64,000 nt of DNA from Naegleria gruberi. Its lineage: Eukaryota. The position numbers were made by a program, and so were the translations under genes. Location of the stretch: NCBI GenBank assembly GCA_000004985.1, contig GG738884.1; one strand, 5' to 3'. Below the pieces are notes generated by a model. The model saw only the letters and a program-made list of their open reading frames with translations. It was not told the DNA's origin and ran no database searches. Below are positions 12,354 through 22,744 of this stretch, in pieces (positions within the stretch are counted from its first letter, which is position 1; each line of letters opens with the position of its first letter).

Positions 12354-12816
12354 TTTTTTTAAAGAACTTAAAGTTCATATTTCATTACAACAAGTTTACA
12401 ATGAATATAATCATTCTTGGGGGCCAAAGACTTCGGAAGGACATGGTTTCCTGAACTGTTTGCATAAATGTCATACGACACGATTCCTGATACTTGTCAT
12501 TTATGAAATAATCAAGAAGGCTACTGAATATTGGCCACAATTGCAAATGATTATTGCCATACTTGTATGTAATGCAACCAGAAATATCTCTCCAATAAAT
12601 ATGTCAATGTATTGGGAACTGAATCGAATACCAAGCTCAATTTGGCCATTTTTAGAGCCAAAGTCCTGTTTGTATTTGTACTAAATAATGGCGGGCCTCT
12701 TGCATAATTCCAAATACACATTAGCACTCTTTTAAGGTAATGAATATTCGATTCATCATTGCCCTTTTCTTTAAACGCATCATATGGAAAGATAAACAAA
12801 CAACAACTTGAAAAGA

Positions 12817-13494
12817 ATGCAACAAGAATATCAACCAACTACCACCAACAGCACTACTCAAACAAAAGACGAGAAAATCGTCAACAACACTACTAACCCA
12901 CCACTTCAAAGTGCGCAATCTCCAACTTTCATTAGTACTAGTTTAAAATCTTCATCATCGGTGGAACAATCAAATAGTAGAAGAAGTTCTGTGGATTATC
13001 TGCGTGAGGTAGCTGAAGTGGGTCAACAAGATTTAAATGAAAATGCCAGCCGTCAAACTGATGCCAACACTCTTATTCAAACATTTATAGACATGGTAAA
13101 CATGGAGGATGAAAATTGGAAGAAGAGGAAGAGAGACCCAAGCAATAATAGTGAAGAAGCAACTACATGCAATGTTGACCAACATGAGCATGCATGTTAT
13201 GACCAGCATGCTATTTGGGATATTATACCTCAAAAGTTTGCACATGTAAAATTGCATGCACATGAATTACCTTCAACTGAGTTTTGTAAGATAATGTTTC
13301 TGTATGGATGGGCCTATTCAAAGTATTTGGTGCATACAAGAGAAATGAATGCTGGAATCACCCAAAGCAAGGTATCCTCGCCTACCTCACCAGTTCTATC
13401 GCAGGATGGGTCCAGTGACGATTCAACTTCAAATATTGTTGAGCCTCCACAAAAGAAACTAGCTCGCAATCCCAACACAAGTAAGCTGGAATAA
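12817..13494 (+). CDS. Hypothetical Ser/Thr/Asn-rich protein
   Basis: The ORF-track start at 12808 is TTG; the first ATG is at 12817. The sequence is low complexity and I recognised no domain. Confidence 0.3.
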   Translation: MQQEYQPTTTNSTTQTKDEKIVNNTTNPPLQSAQSPTFISTSLKSSSSVEQSNSRRSSVDYLREVAEVGQQDLNENASRQTDANTLIQTFIDMVNMEDENWKKRKRDPSNNSEEATTCNVDQHEHACYDQHAIWDIIPQKFAHVKLHAHELPSTEFCKIMFLYGWAYSKYLVHTREMNAGITQSKVSSPTSPVLSQDGSSDDSTSNIVEPPQKKLARNPNTSKLE

Positions 13495-13529
13495 ACCTAG
13501 ACCAAAAATTTTCAACAAAGTAAAACAGT

Positions 13530-13602
13530 TGCTGACGGACGGGATCGAACCGGCGACCAATGGCTTATTAGACCAACGCTCTACCGACTGAGCTACGCCA
13601 GC
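13530..13602 (-). tRNA. tRNA-Ile (anticodon AAT)
   Basis: The minus-strand sequence is GCTGGCG TA GCTC AGTCGGTA GAGC G TTGGT CTAATAA GCCAT TGGTC GCCGG TTCGATC CCGTC CGTCAGC A. The acceptor stem is 7 bp with one G-U pair. The D-arm GCTC/GAGC and a T-loop TTCGATC are present. The anticodon loop CTAATAA gives anticodon AAT. There is one mismatch each at positions 27-43 and 50-64. It is close to the canonical eukaryotic tRNA-Ile(AAU). Confidence 0.8.
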
Positions 13603-13961
13603 TGCACGAGTCTTACTTTACTTAATGATTCCTTATATATTATCACAATTTAACAGGTAAAAAAAAATTGAATTAATTTGAATTTATAATAAATTAATTG
13701 AAGTAAAATATTTCAGAACAGTTAACGATCGTATGGAATGACCAAAGTTTGGTATCATCTCCAGCACGTTTTTCTAGAAATATTTCTTCTTCCCTTATTA
13801 GCTGTTGTGCTCCCACTATTAAGGAATGCATAGAACCTAAATAAAACCCCAACCAATTCTCAACAGCTAGCCGTTTTCACTATTAATAAATATTCTATTA
13901 TAATTTGCATAATATTTGAAAATAAAAAAACACTGTGGTAATTGCACACTCACCTCCAATT

Positions 13962-15197
13962 ATGGGCTCAAATACCTCAATGACAAGTGCAATGGCCAAG
14001 TCCATCATTGCTGGTGAGACTAGTATTAGCACAATAATTAATAACAATGCTAATCAAGAAGAAGAACACCATCAACACTCAGATAAATCACTGAGCAAAG
14101 AATCTCAATGGAGTAAGTCTTCTCCTGCTCTCAAACCACCAAGGCCCTATCGTTCCAGTATGAAAAGGTCTTCAAGGTCCGTGCCCAATAAGATGGATGC
14201 AGAATTTCAAAAGGTCAAGCAAGATCAACAAAAACAACAAAAGCAAAAAACTACTCCCTCATCTTCGAATGATTCAAGTCCTAGCACCATTTCATCATCA
14301 CCTTCATCATCTTCAAGTGCAACACCAACCACCTCAACTGTTGGTGAAGTTCAAATTCTGGAAGACCAAAATGCCAGCACTAGCAAACAAACCAATGTGA
14401 AATCAAAGAACAGACCAAATGCAATAACCTATGCAAACTTTCTGAATCATTCACATACACTCACACTAACAGATGAATCCATACAGGATAGATATTTTGA
14501 TAGATATTACCCACCTCTGCCAGCAGATGTTGAGGAAAAACTCAAAGTTGTTGATAAGAAAGCACGTCCAAAAACTGCCAATGCATACGTTAAGGCAAAA
14601 TCTGCGAGTAATCTGAAAATTTCTGCTCCCTCTTCTTCCTCAAACATATCCTTAATAACCATAACAGAATCCTCCTCTCCACAAAACCATGATAACAATA
14701 TTAATAACAACAATAATGGTAATAACACTCCTCTAGTGGCCAAGCCAATGTCTCCAATAGTCTCACTCTACAGCAAAACCTCATCTAACAATCAAAGTGC
14801 ACCAAGATCACTAGCAAGAAGCAGTTCTCATTCATTTGGCTTAACAAGCTATCCATCATCAACAACAAGAACAGTTTCCCCATCCGCCAACAATAATAAC
14901 ACCAGCAGCTCAACCCTTCACCCACATCATCATGCTCCTTTGCAAAGAAGTTCATCCCATTCAATTGGACTCTCACACAATAATGCTACCAAATCACCAA
15001 CACATTCGCCTTCCATTTCTCCACACAATAATTCTCTCCAACCACATCATCATACCTTTCAGAGAAGCAATTCTCAATCAAGTGGCATGTTAACTCGATC
15101 CAATCTTCAGCAACAAAAATCACCAAGTAGTGCTATCCCACATATGCCTCAAACATTCCACAAATTACCAACTGAAGGAACAACAATGGTTGGATAA
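13962..15197 (+). CDS. Hypothetical low-complexity Ser/Asn-rich protein with an N-myristoylation-type N-terminus
   Basis: The ORF-track start at 13935 is GTG; the first ATG at 13962 gives MGSNTSM, which fits the MGxxxS/T myristoylation consensus. The protein has long Ser/Thr/Asn/His-rich tracts. Confidence 0.35.
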   Translation: MGSNTSMTSAMAKSIIAGETSISTIINNNANQEEEHHQHSDKSLSKESQWSKSSPALKPPRPYRSSMKRSSRSVPNKMDAEFQKVKQDQQKQQKQKTTPSSSNDSSPSTISSSPSSSSSATPTTSTVGEVQILEDQNASTSKQTNVKSKNRPNAITYANFLNHSHTLTLTDESIQDRYFDRYYPPLPADVEEKLKVVDKKARPKTANAYVKAKSASNLKISAPSSSSNISLITITESSSPQNHDNNINNNNNGNNTPLVAKPMSPIVSLYSKTSSNNQSAPRSLARSSSHSFGLTSYPSSTTRTVSPSANNNNTSSSTLHPHHHAPLQRSSSHSIGLSHNNATKSPTHSPSISPHNNSLQPHHHTFQRSNSQSSGMLTRSNLQQQKSPSSAIPHMPQTFHKLPTEGTTMVG

Positions 15198-15208
15198 GTT
15201 TTGGGTGT

Positions 15209-17597
15209 TTATTGTTTTTCTTTTGCCTCTTTCACTCTCTTGTAAAGAATTTTGAGAGCATTTCTTGCAGTGATTGGAATGGATGATCCTGATTTGCCCA
15301 ATAAGAAGCCAATAATTTCAACTGCGATGGAGAGTGTGGAACTAGCACTCTTATTTTGCTTTTGTTGGATTTGTTGGGTGATTTTCTCTTGTGTGAATTC
15401 ATCTGACATTAAGGCTGCAATGTCAACTTTATCCAAAGTCAACATTCTGTAAATAGCAGCCCCTAGGAAACTAATAGGAGGAATTTTACTCTTCGATACA
15501 ATCCACCAATCTTGAAAAATTAATAATCAAAATAAACAGTATAAACTTACCAGCAATACGAACACGAATAGTTCCTGAAGATAGTTCCAATGTCTCTATT
15601 AAAATATTTTCCTCCTTAATATTTCCGTATTCGAAACGAGCCTCTTCCAATGAATTAAATCCTTCCAAGGTGTATTTCAGTAAGGAGAGAATCATTCTAG
15701 TGCTAAGTGATATTTTCTCTTTCATAATAGTTGCAACGCTGCCATGGCTATAATATGGCAGAGTGAATGCTAAATGGTGAACCTTTTTAACTTTTTGCTT
15801 GTTGATTGCCTCTGGTTTTAAAATCTCATAAATTGGGACAAGATTCGATTTTTCAAATTCCTTCACCCTTTTCAAAGTCAAAATGCTTTCAGACAAATTT
15901 CCTTCTGCCTTATTACCTTTAAAGTTCAAGTATTTGATGGCAATCTTTCTAGTTTCCTTATTAAGTTGCTTTTCTTCAGCTAGAAATGTCATAGAAATCA
16001 ATTCAGCTGATTGCTCCTTATCAGATTTAAGTTGTCTTGAAATTTTATAGTGGTCAATGCTTGATATTAAACTAGATTCGTTGATTTCTTGCTTTTCCAC
16101 TCTTTCCATCATCTTGATTTTAATTGGATTGGACATTTTGTGGAAATCATGCTCAGATGGATCGAGCTCAACATAATCTCTGCAGTCTGTATCAAAGACA
16201 TTAATCAGCACATCATTCTTATTAATAGAAAACTTTTCCTCAAGCAATAATAGGAAATCAGAATATCCACACTTATCTAACATTGACATTTTCTTTTTTG
16301 TGCCATTGAAATCAACAATGAAAACAATATTATTATTCGATGTCTTCTCAAGTGTTTTCATATAAATTGAAATTGGAGAGGAGTTAGTTCCAGTGAGGAG
16401 GAGTTCTATCTCGTTTTGAACTTTGAAAAATTGTTTTTGTAAACCGATCGAGTTGAATTGAAAAGTACTAAACTCCTCAATAGCACTTGCATGCATGATT
16501 GCAAACTCCTTTTCCTGTCTGTTAATAATCTGTGAGATACAATCAAGTACCAGAAGTGTGCTTTTCTCCTTTTGCTTTTCATCATTTTCACTCGATTGGA
16601 TAACAGAAATTCGTGAAATCAAATACCTAAATACAATACCAGTAGCATAGCTAGAGAGAATGAACAGATAATGTGACCAGTAGGAACAGAACTTTGAGGC
16701 ATCGATGAATAAATTTCTCTTTGTAAAGAAAGAATCATAATACACAGAGTAAAATTTTTGTGGAACTCTTTCCACAATACCTTTCAAATAGCTCAGAAAG
16801 GAAGCCTTTGTTAAATCATGTACAGAGGTGTCTATGACCATGTCCAAAAACCTTTCCATTAAATCACGTGGGAAAACCTCAAAAAATTCCTCAATACCAA
16901 ACTCTTCAAAATTATTAAAAACAGAAAAGGTTATGACATATAAACGTGATAACTCGTTAGTAGTGTTCCCTAGCTCTTTTAACAACAATTCAAAAAGTAT
17001 TTTAGTTCTAATAACCAGTTCAACCTTGAGCTCTTGTATGGCGTATATTCTTTGTGATTTGATACCACATTCATAACAGGCCTCTTGAAAATCTAATCCC
17101 CTCTGCATATGTTTGTAAATATTTAACATGTTCAACACTATCATAAATACTACCTCTATATTATCTCTCAAATCTAGTATGTACTCAATTTCTTCTTGAC
17201 ATTTCTCTCTTTTCTCTAATGAATTGTTGAGATTGAGTTGAATTTCAAGTAAATCTGAAACTATTTCCTCCAATGATAAGTGATAACAGAAAGTTAGATC
17301 AAGTACAGTGTCAGTACCAAATCTACATTTCCACAGCATGTTAACTCTTGTTTGAGTTTCAACAAAAGGTGAGGCGTATTGTGATTTGTAATATGTCAAA
17401 ACTTCATTCCTGGCCATGTGGTGAACAATTTCCGTTCCTTCAATTCCATCAATTTGTTTTTCTTCATCTGGAACATCGTACAAGTTCACAAACCTATCAA
17501 TATTGATAGCAGTAGAATTATTAGTGGTGGATGATCCGATCTCGACTGAACTAGATACATATGTTCGAGGAACAACATGTCGTCCATTATACAGCAT
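15209..17597 (-). CDS. Hypothetical ~783-aa protein with a degenerate protein-kinase-like C-terminal region. Exons 15551..17597 and 15209..15510, intron 15511..15550.
   Basis: ATG at 17595-17597. The terminal intron (GTAAGT...ttttcaag) joins RVRIAG to DWWIVSKS..MLTLDKVDIAAL in frame. The C-terminal region VHHLAFTLPYYSHGSVATIMKEK...EYGNIKEENILIETLELSSGTIRVRIAGDWW resembles the kinase hinge, HRDLKPENILI and DFG segments, but the catalytic Asp is missing (the YGNIKEEN stretch in the alignment). The N-terminal ~550 aa is helical with no recognised domain. Confidence 0.45.
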
Positions 17598-17654
17598 TTT
17601 TTTATGATTGAATAGTTATAATTAGTTTAAATCAATGATGATGGTGAACTTCTA

Positions 17655-17760
17655 TGCAAATGGTGGGGTTAGTATTAAAAATTTGACAATAAAGTTTGGA
17701 AATGATGGGGTTAGTATTAAAATTGGTGCAAGTTAATATTGGTGGGGCACCGAGTGATGA
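17655..17760. promoter_or_regulatory. Direct repeats (GGTGGGGTTAGTATTAAAA x2 plus a related TTGGTGGGGCACC) in the divergent intergenic region between the 17597 (minus) and 18454 (plus) starts
   Basis: aatggtggggttagtattaaaaatttgacaataaagtttggaaatgatggggttagtattaaaattggtgcaagttaatattggtggggcaccgag. This is a possible shared cis element; inference only. Confidence 0.25.
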
Positions 17761-18453
17761 AAATTGTTGTTTTTTTGTGAAATGATAAGTGATGAAGTGA
17801 CGAATATCGAAAAGATCCAGTGAATTTCCAAAGAACTTTGCAGAACAAACATGGGCTATGATTTCAATAATCAAAAGGTGTTGCATTTGGCAAATCAACC
17901 CACATTGCATTACAACAACTGCCTTTCGAACAAGAAGGAAGTTATTGGAAATGGAGAGGAAATTCAAGGAATGCATGAAAATGAATTATGTATCAAATAA
18001 GATTAAATTATCAAATAAATTTTCCAATCGATTCATTCTGGCATAATCCATTACAAATCTGATAGTCTTAGCAAGGTAAACCATACAATAATTGTAGAAC
18101 TCCACAACAGAGGAATGTGGAGTTTTGGCTTCCTTAGTAAAATCTTAGAATAATTCTGTATTCAATTGAAACTGGTTGAATGTTGTGCATGAATGGTGTT
18201 GATGATTAAATCTTCACCTTGCACCATCTGGCAGATTAAAGTTGCAAATTAAAAATAGCATTGTTGAATATGATAGATAAAAAGAGATGATCTCGAAGAA
18301 TCTTGTATTATCATAACAACAAAAAAGATCGCCAATATCCTTCTCTTTCAAAAGGAAAGATTGTTTTAATAATAATATTGAAAGGATAACAATTTAATAT
18401 TTGATAGAAACATCCATCAATAACAATTTTAAAAATTTAAATTTGAAAAAAAA

Positions 18454-21400
18454 ATGAGCAAACAAAACACCAAGAAAAAGACCGAACTTGAGAAGGTCAC
18501 CTTCACAAATTCTACACCACTGGGTGAAAAGAAGGACGTTCAATCCATTGAAATGCCTGCTCAATACCATCCAGAATTTGTAGAAATGGCTTGGTACGAG
18601 TATTGGCATAAGAAGGGATACTTTACTGCTGATGCCAACGATACAACAAAGGAAACATTTACTATTGCTTTACCTCCACCAAACGTTACAGGATCTCTCC
18701 ATATTGGACATGCTCTTACTGTAGCTGTTCAAGATGCCATCTGTAGATATCACAGAATGAACGGAAAGAATGTCTTATATATTCCTGGTGTTGACCATGC
18801 TGGTATTGCCACACAAGTTGTTGTAGAAAAACAATTAGCCAAGCAAGATCCTCCAGTTTCAAGACACGAAATCGGAAGAGAAAAATTCGTAGAAAAAGTC
18901 TTTGAATGGAAGGAAGAATATGGTCAAAAAATTATGAACCAACTTAAGAGAATTGGTGCTTCTTTGGATTGGACTAGAGAATGCTTCACTATGGACGAAA
19001 CACTGAGCGTTGCTGTCAAGGAAGCTTTCATCAAAATGTACGAACAAGGAATTATTTATCGTAAGAATAGATTGGTAAATTGGAGTTGTGTTTTGAAATC
19101 AGCTATTAGTAACATTGAAGTCGACAGTGATGAGGTTGAAGGAAATAAGCTCTTTATTCCAGGCCATCCTGAAAATAAGAAATACGAATTTGGTAAAATG
19201 TGGTCTTTTGCTTACAAATTTGAAGATCAAGAATTTGCCAATGATGAAATTATTATTTCCACAACTCGTCCAGAAACAATGTTGGGAGACGTTGCTGTAG
19301 CTGTCCACCCAGACGATCCAAGATATAAGAAATTCCACGGAAAGACTTTGATTCACCCATTCCTTGAAAGAAAATTGGTTGTTATCACTGATAAGGAATT
19401 GGTTGATATGAATTTTGGTACTGGTGCTGTCAAAATCACTCCAGCTCACGATCCAAACGATTTTGAATGTGGTCTCAGACATAATTTGGAAATGATCTGT
19501 GTTTTCACTGATGATGGTAAGATCAATGAAAATGGTGGTGAATTCAAGGGTATGATGAGATTTGATGCTCGTTATGCTGTCATTGAAGAATTGAAGAAGA
19601 AGGGTCTCTACAGAGATGAAAAGGTCCACAAGCTCGCTCTTAAGAAGTGTTCTCGTTCAAAGGATGTTATTGAACCAATGCTCAAGCCTCAATGGTATGT
19701 CAAGATGGATGATTTGGCCAGACAAGCTTGCGAAGCTGTTCAAAATGGTACTTTGAAGATTGTTCCAGAAAGAGAAAAGACTACTTGGTTCCACTTTTTG
19801 GGTGCTGAAAACGTTCAAGATTGGTGTATCTCAAGACAATTATGGTGGGGTCACAGAATTCCAGCCTATCTTGTCAAGATTGCTGGTAAGGAACATTTGA
19901 GTGCTGATGATGAAAAATGGTGGATTGTTGCTCATGATGAACAAGAAGCTAGAGCTAAGGCTATGGAAAAGTTCAAGGATTTGGTTACTTCTGAAAGTGA
20001 TATCATTTTACAACAAGACGAAGATGTTTTGGATACTTGGTTCTCATCTGGTTTGTTCCCATTCTCTCCTTTGGGTTGGCCAAATACTGAATCTGCTGAT
20101 TTCAAGAGATTCTTCCCAACTCAAATGCTCGAAACTGGTTTGGATATCTTGTTCTTCTGGGTTTCTAAGATGGTTATGATGAGTTTGAGTCTTACTGGTG
20201 AACTTCCATTCACTGAAGTTTTGCTTCACGCTATGGTTAGAGATAAGGAAAATAGAAAGATGTCTAAGAGTTTGGGTAACGTTATTGATCCAATTGACGT
20301 CATTGAAGGTATTACCCTCCAAGAAATGAATGACAAGCTCAAGCAAGGTAACTTGTCAAGCAGGGAAATTGAAAAGGCTGCTCTTGGTCAAAAGAAGCAA
20401 TTCCCTGAAGGTATCCCTGAATGTGGTACTGACGCTTTGAGATTCACTTTGTTGAACTATACTGCTCAAGGTCGTGACATTGCTTTGGATATTTTGCGTG
20501 TCTTTGGTTATCGTACTTTCTGTAACAAGATGTGGCAAACTACCAAGTTTGCTTTGATGAACTGGACTGATTTCAAGTCGGAAGGTATTGAAAACTATCC
20601 AACTGATCTTTCTAACTTGACTTTCAATGACAAGTGGATTCTCAGTAGATTGAACAAGACCATTAAGGCCTGTAACGCTTCATTCGAAAAGGGCAATTAT
20701 GACTTTATGACATATACTCAATCTTGTTATGATTTCTGGTTGAAGGATTTGTGTGACCAATATTTGGAAATGATTAAGAATGATATCAAGTCTGAAGATT
20801 TGAACAGACGTAGAACTACTCAATTGGTTTTGTACACTTGTATTGAACAATGTTTGAGATTGTTGCACCCAACTATGCCTTTCATTACTGAAGAATTGTG
20901 GCAAAGACTTCCAGGTCACTCTGCTTTCCCATCCAACAGAGAATCCATTATGATTTGCCCATATCCTGCACCAGTTGCTGCTTGGGAAAATGATAACGTT
21001 GAAACTGAAATGAAATTCGTTATGGAAGTTGTTCACGCTATTAGATCACTTAAGGGTGCTTACAAGTTGACTCCAAAGCAAACTCCTGAAGTTTATATTA
21101 TTACAAGCTCTCAAAATGATCTCTTGAAGAGTGTTAAGGCTTATATTGAAATGTTGGCCTTATCAGGAAATCTTTACTTTGATGTTGAAGTTAAGGATAT
21201 TCCAGCTGGTTGTGGTGTTGAAGTTGTTAACCAATATTGCGAAATTCACATGATGCTTAAGGGACTCATTGATATTGACCAAGAAGTCAAGAAGCAAGAA
21301 AAGAATAAGGAAAAGCTTGTTAAGGTTCGTGACTCGCTCATTGAAAGAACTCAAACAGAAAAGTACAAGACCAACACTCCAGAAGAAGTTAAGAATAATG

Positions 21401-21477
21401 ACCAAATCAAATTGGAAGGTTATAACCTTGAACTTGCCAAGATTGACGAAACCATTGAACGTTTGAAGAAAATGTAA
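18454..21477 (+). CDS. VARS: Valyl-tRNA synthetase (class I aaRS), single exon
   Basis: ATG at 18454. HIGH motif PPPNVTGSLHIGHALT and KMSKS motif RKMSKSLGNVIDP are both present. The editing/CP1 region and the C-terminal coiled coil, and the full length of 1007 aa, are typical of eukaryotic ValRS. Confidence 0.95.
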   Translation: MSKQNTKKKTELEKVTFTNSTPLGEKKDVQSIEMPAQYHPEFVEMAWYEYWHKKGYFTADANDTTKETFTIALPPPNVTGSLHIGHALTVAVQDAICRYHRMNGKNVLYIPGVDHAGIATQVVVEKQLAKQDPPVSRHEIGREKFVEKVFEWKEEYGQKIMNQLKRIGASLDWTRECFTMDETLSVAVKEAFIKMYEQGIIYRKNRLVNWSCVLKSAISNIEVDSDEVEGNKLFIPGHPENKKYEFGKMWSFAYKFEDQEFANDEIIISTTRPETMLGDVAVAVHPDDPRYKKFHGKTLIHPFLERKLVVITDKELVDMNFGTGAVKITPAHDPNDFECGLRHNLEMICVFTDDGKINENGGEFKGMMRFDARYAVIEELKKKGLYRDEKVHKLALKKCSRSKDVIEPMLKPQWYVKMDDLARQACEAVQNGTLKIVPEREKTTWFHFLGAENVQDWCISRQLWWGHRIPAYLVKIAGKEHLSADDEKWWIVAHDEQEARAKAMEKFKDLVTSESDIILQQDEDVLDTWFSSGLFPFSPLGWPNTESADFKRFFPTQMLETGLDILFFWVSKMVMMSLSLTGELPFTEVLLHAMVRDKENRKMSKSLGNVIDPIDVIEGITLQEMNDKLKQGNLSSREIEKAALGQKKQFPEGIPECGTDALRFTLLNYTAQGRDIALDILRVFGYRTFCNKMWQTTKFALMNWTDFKSEGIENYPTDLSNLTFNDKWILSRLNKTIKACNASFEKGNYDFMTYTQSCYDFWLKDLCDQYLEMIKNDIKSEDLNRRRTTQLVLYTCIEQCLRLLHPTMPFITEELWQRLPGHSAFPSNRESIMICPYPAPVAAWENDNVETEMKFVMEVVHAIRSLKGAYKLTPKQTPEVYIITSSQNDLLKSVKAYIEMLALSGNLYFDVEVKDIPAGCGVEVVNQYCEIHMMLKGLIDIDQEVKKQEKNKEKLVKVRDSLIERTQTEKYKTNTPEEVKNNDQIKLEGYNLELAKIDETIERLKKM

Positions 21478-21762
21478 AATCTTTTAAGTTATTAAATCAA
21501 AAAATTCATATATCTCCGTAATTACATGTATTGAATTGCAATTTGGAATTTTTGGATAACAATTAATTGTTGGAAACAATATATTTCCATTTTTATTTGA
21601 CGCTCTATTTTGGTATTCGGATTCAATCAAAATGTGAAGAACAGATTGAATTTTCTACAACTCGCAATAATAGAAGCGTACAAATTTGTCCTTACATGCA
21701 GCCGAAGCGATATTAATACATTTCTCCAACATTACTTGCTTGATTAATTCAACACACAAAAA

Positions 21763-22098
21763 ATGTCTAATTGTGAAATCATCAAATCTCTCGTATCGGA
21801 ATGCCAACAAAACAACAAGGAAGAACCAACTAAGTGTGCATGGGCTGTTAAAGCTTTGGATTTGTGCACAAACAAGACAACAATAGAACATGAATTGTCT
21901 GCTATTGAAAAAAGTTTGGAAGAAGGACCAAGAGTACCACAAAAGAAGATTTGTTGCTCTTGTCCCGATATCAAAAAGATTAGAGATAGTTGTTTAATTA
22001 CACACGGAGAAGAAAATGTTGAATGTAAATATTTAATTAGTGCTTATAGACTTTGTCTGAGGGATCTCGGATTTACTAGAGAGCAAGTTAAATTGTAA
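21763..22098 (+). CDS. COX17: Cytochrome c oxidase copper chaperone COX17, with an N-terminal extension
   Basis: The C-terminal 50 aa, KKICCSCPDIKKIRDSCLITHGEENVECKYLISAYRLCLRDLGFT, aligns with COX17 [38 protein letters not shown] (the twin-Cx9C/CCxC copper site). Confidence 0.75.
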   Translation: MSNCEIIKSLVSECQQNNKEEPTKCAWAVKALDLCTNKTTIEHELSAIEKSLEEGPRVPQKKICCSCPDIKKIRDSCLITHGEENVECKYLISAYRLCLRDLGFTREQVKL

Positions 22099-22167
22099 AT
22101 AAATAATCGAGTATAAATACAACATGATTTTCAAATTTTCTGATTTATTATATACAATTAGAGTGAT

Positions 22168-22485
22168 TATCCTGATTTGAACAGAAGAATGGCAACTTGC
22201 CCTAAGTAAAAGTAGATAAAATGTTTAGCTAAACAGATTTGAGTTTACAATAATTCGAATCAAATACTTACTTTCATGTGTGACATAACTTCCAAAGTTT
22301 CTTCCAACAATACAATGCCATGTAGGGTTATATTTCTTATCGAATTCCTTCTTTATGTGAGCAGCAATATCCTTTTCAATATTGAATTTATCCAAGGCTT
22401 GAGAGGCAACATCAACAGCTTCACGTTGCATGTTTTCTTCCATATCAGCGTTTTTAATGACAGCCTTCTTACTTTCTGATGACAT
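22168..22485 (-). CDS. DYNLL: Dynein light chain LC8 (DYNLL). Exons 22273..22485 and 22168..22229.
   Basis: The sequence [65 protein letters not shown] is near-identical to LC8. A GTAAGT donor follows ...THE, a ctgtttag acceptor precedes exon 2, and exon 2 encodes [20 protein letters not shown], the canonical LC8 C-terminus. Confidence 0.9.
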
Positions 22486-22744
22486 CTTTGTTAGTATATT
22501 GAGTTAGTTGTTGTTGTATTTTTTTCTTTGTTGTTTGTATTGAAAATTATTGTAGTTGTCTCAGTTTAATATATTTCAGAATTGGCGCCACTTTGTAGTT
22601 GACAAATGCAAAATTACTTTCGGAAATGAGTAAAACAGATTGTTGGCGCCAAACTACTAGTCATACAAAATCAAACCTTATTCAAAATTATTAGATTCCG
22701 TAATAAAATTCGAATGTTGGTTATTATCTACAATTAAAGTTGTA

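Noticed and set aside
13494-13962. Possible second tRNA or snRNA in the AT-rich spacer around the tRNA-Ile
   Set aside because: Only one cloverleaf could be folded by eye. The rest is low-complexity A/T sequence with no conserved box motifs.
17632-17976. Minus-strand 114-aa ORF ending in HHHH within the divergent intergenic region
   Set aside because: It has no start context, overlaps the direct-repeat promoter region, and has no coding-like composition.
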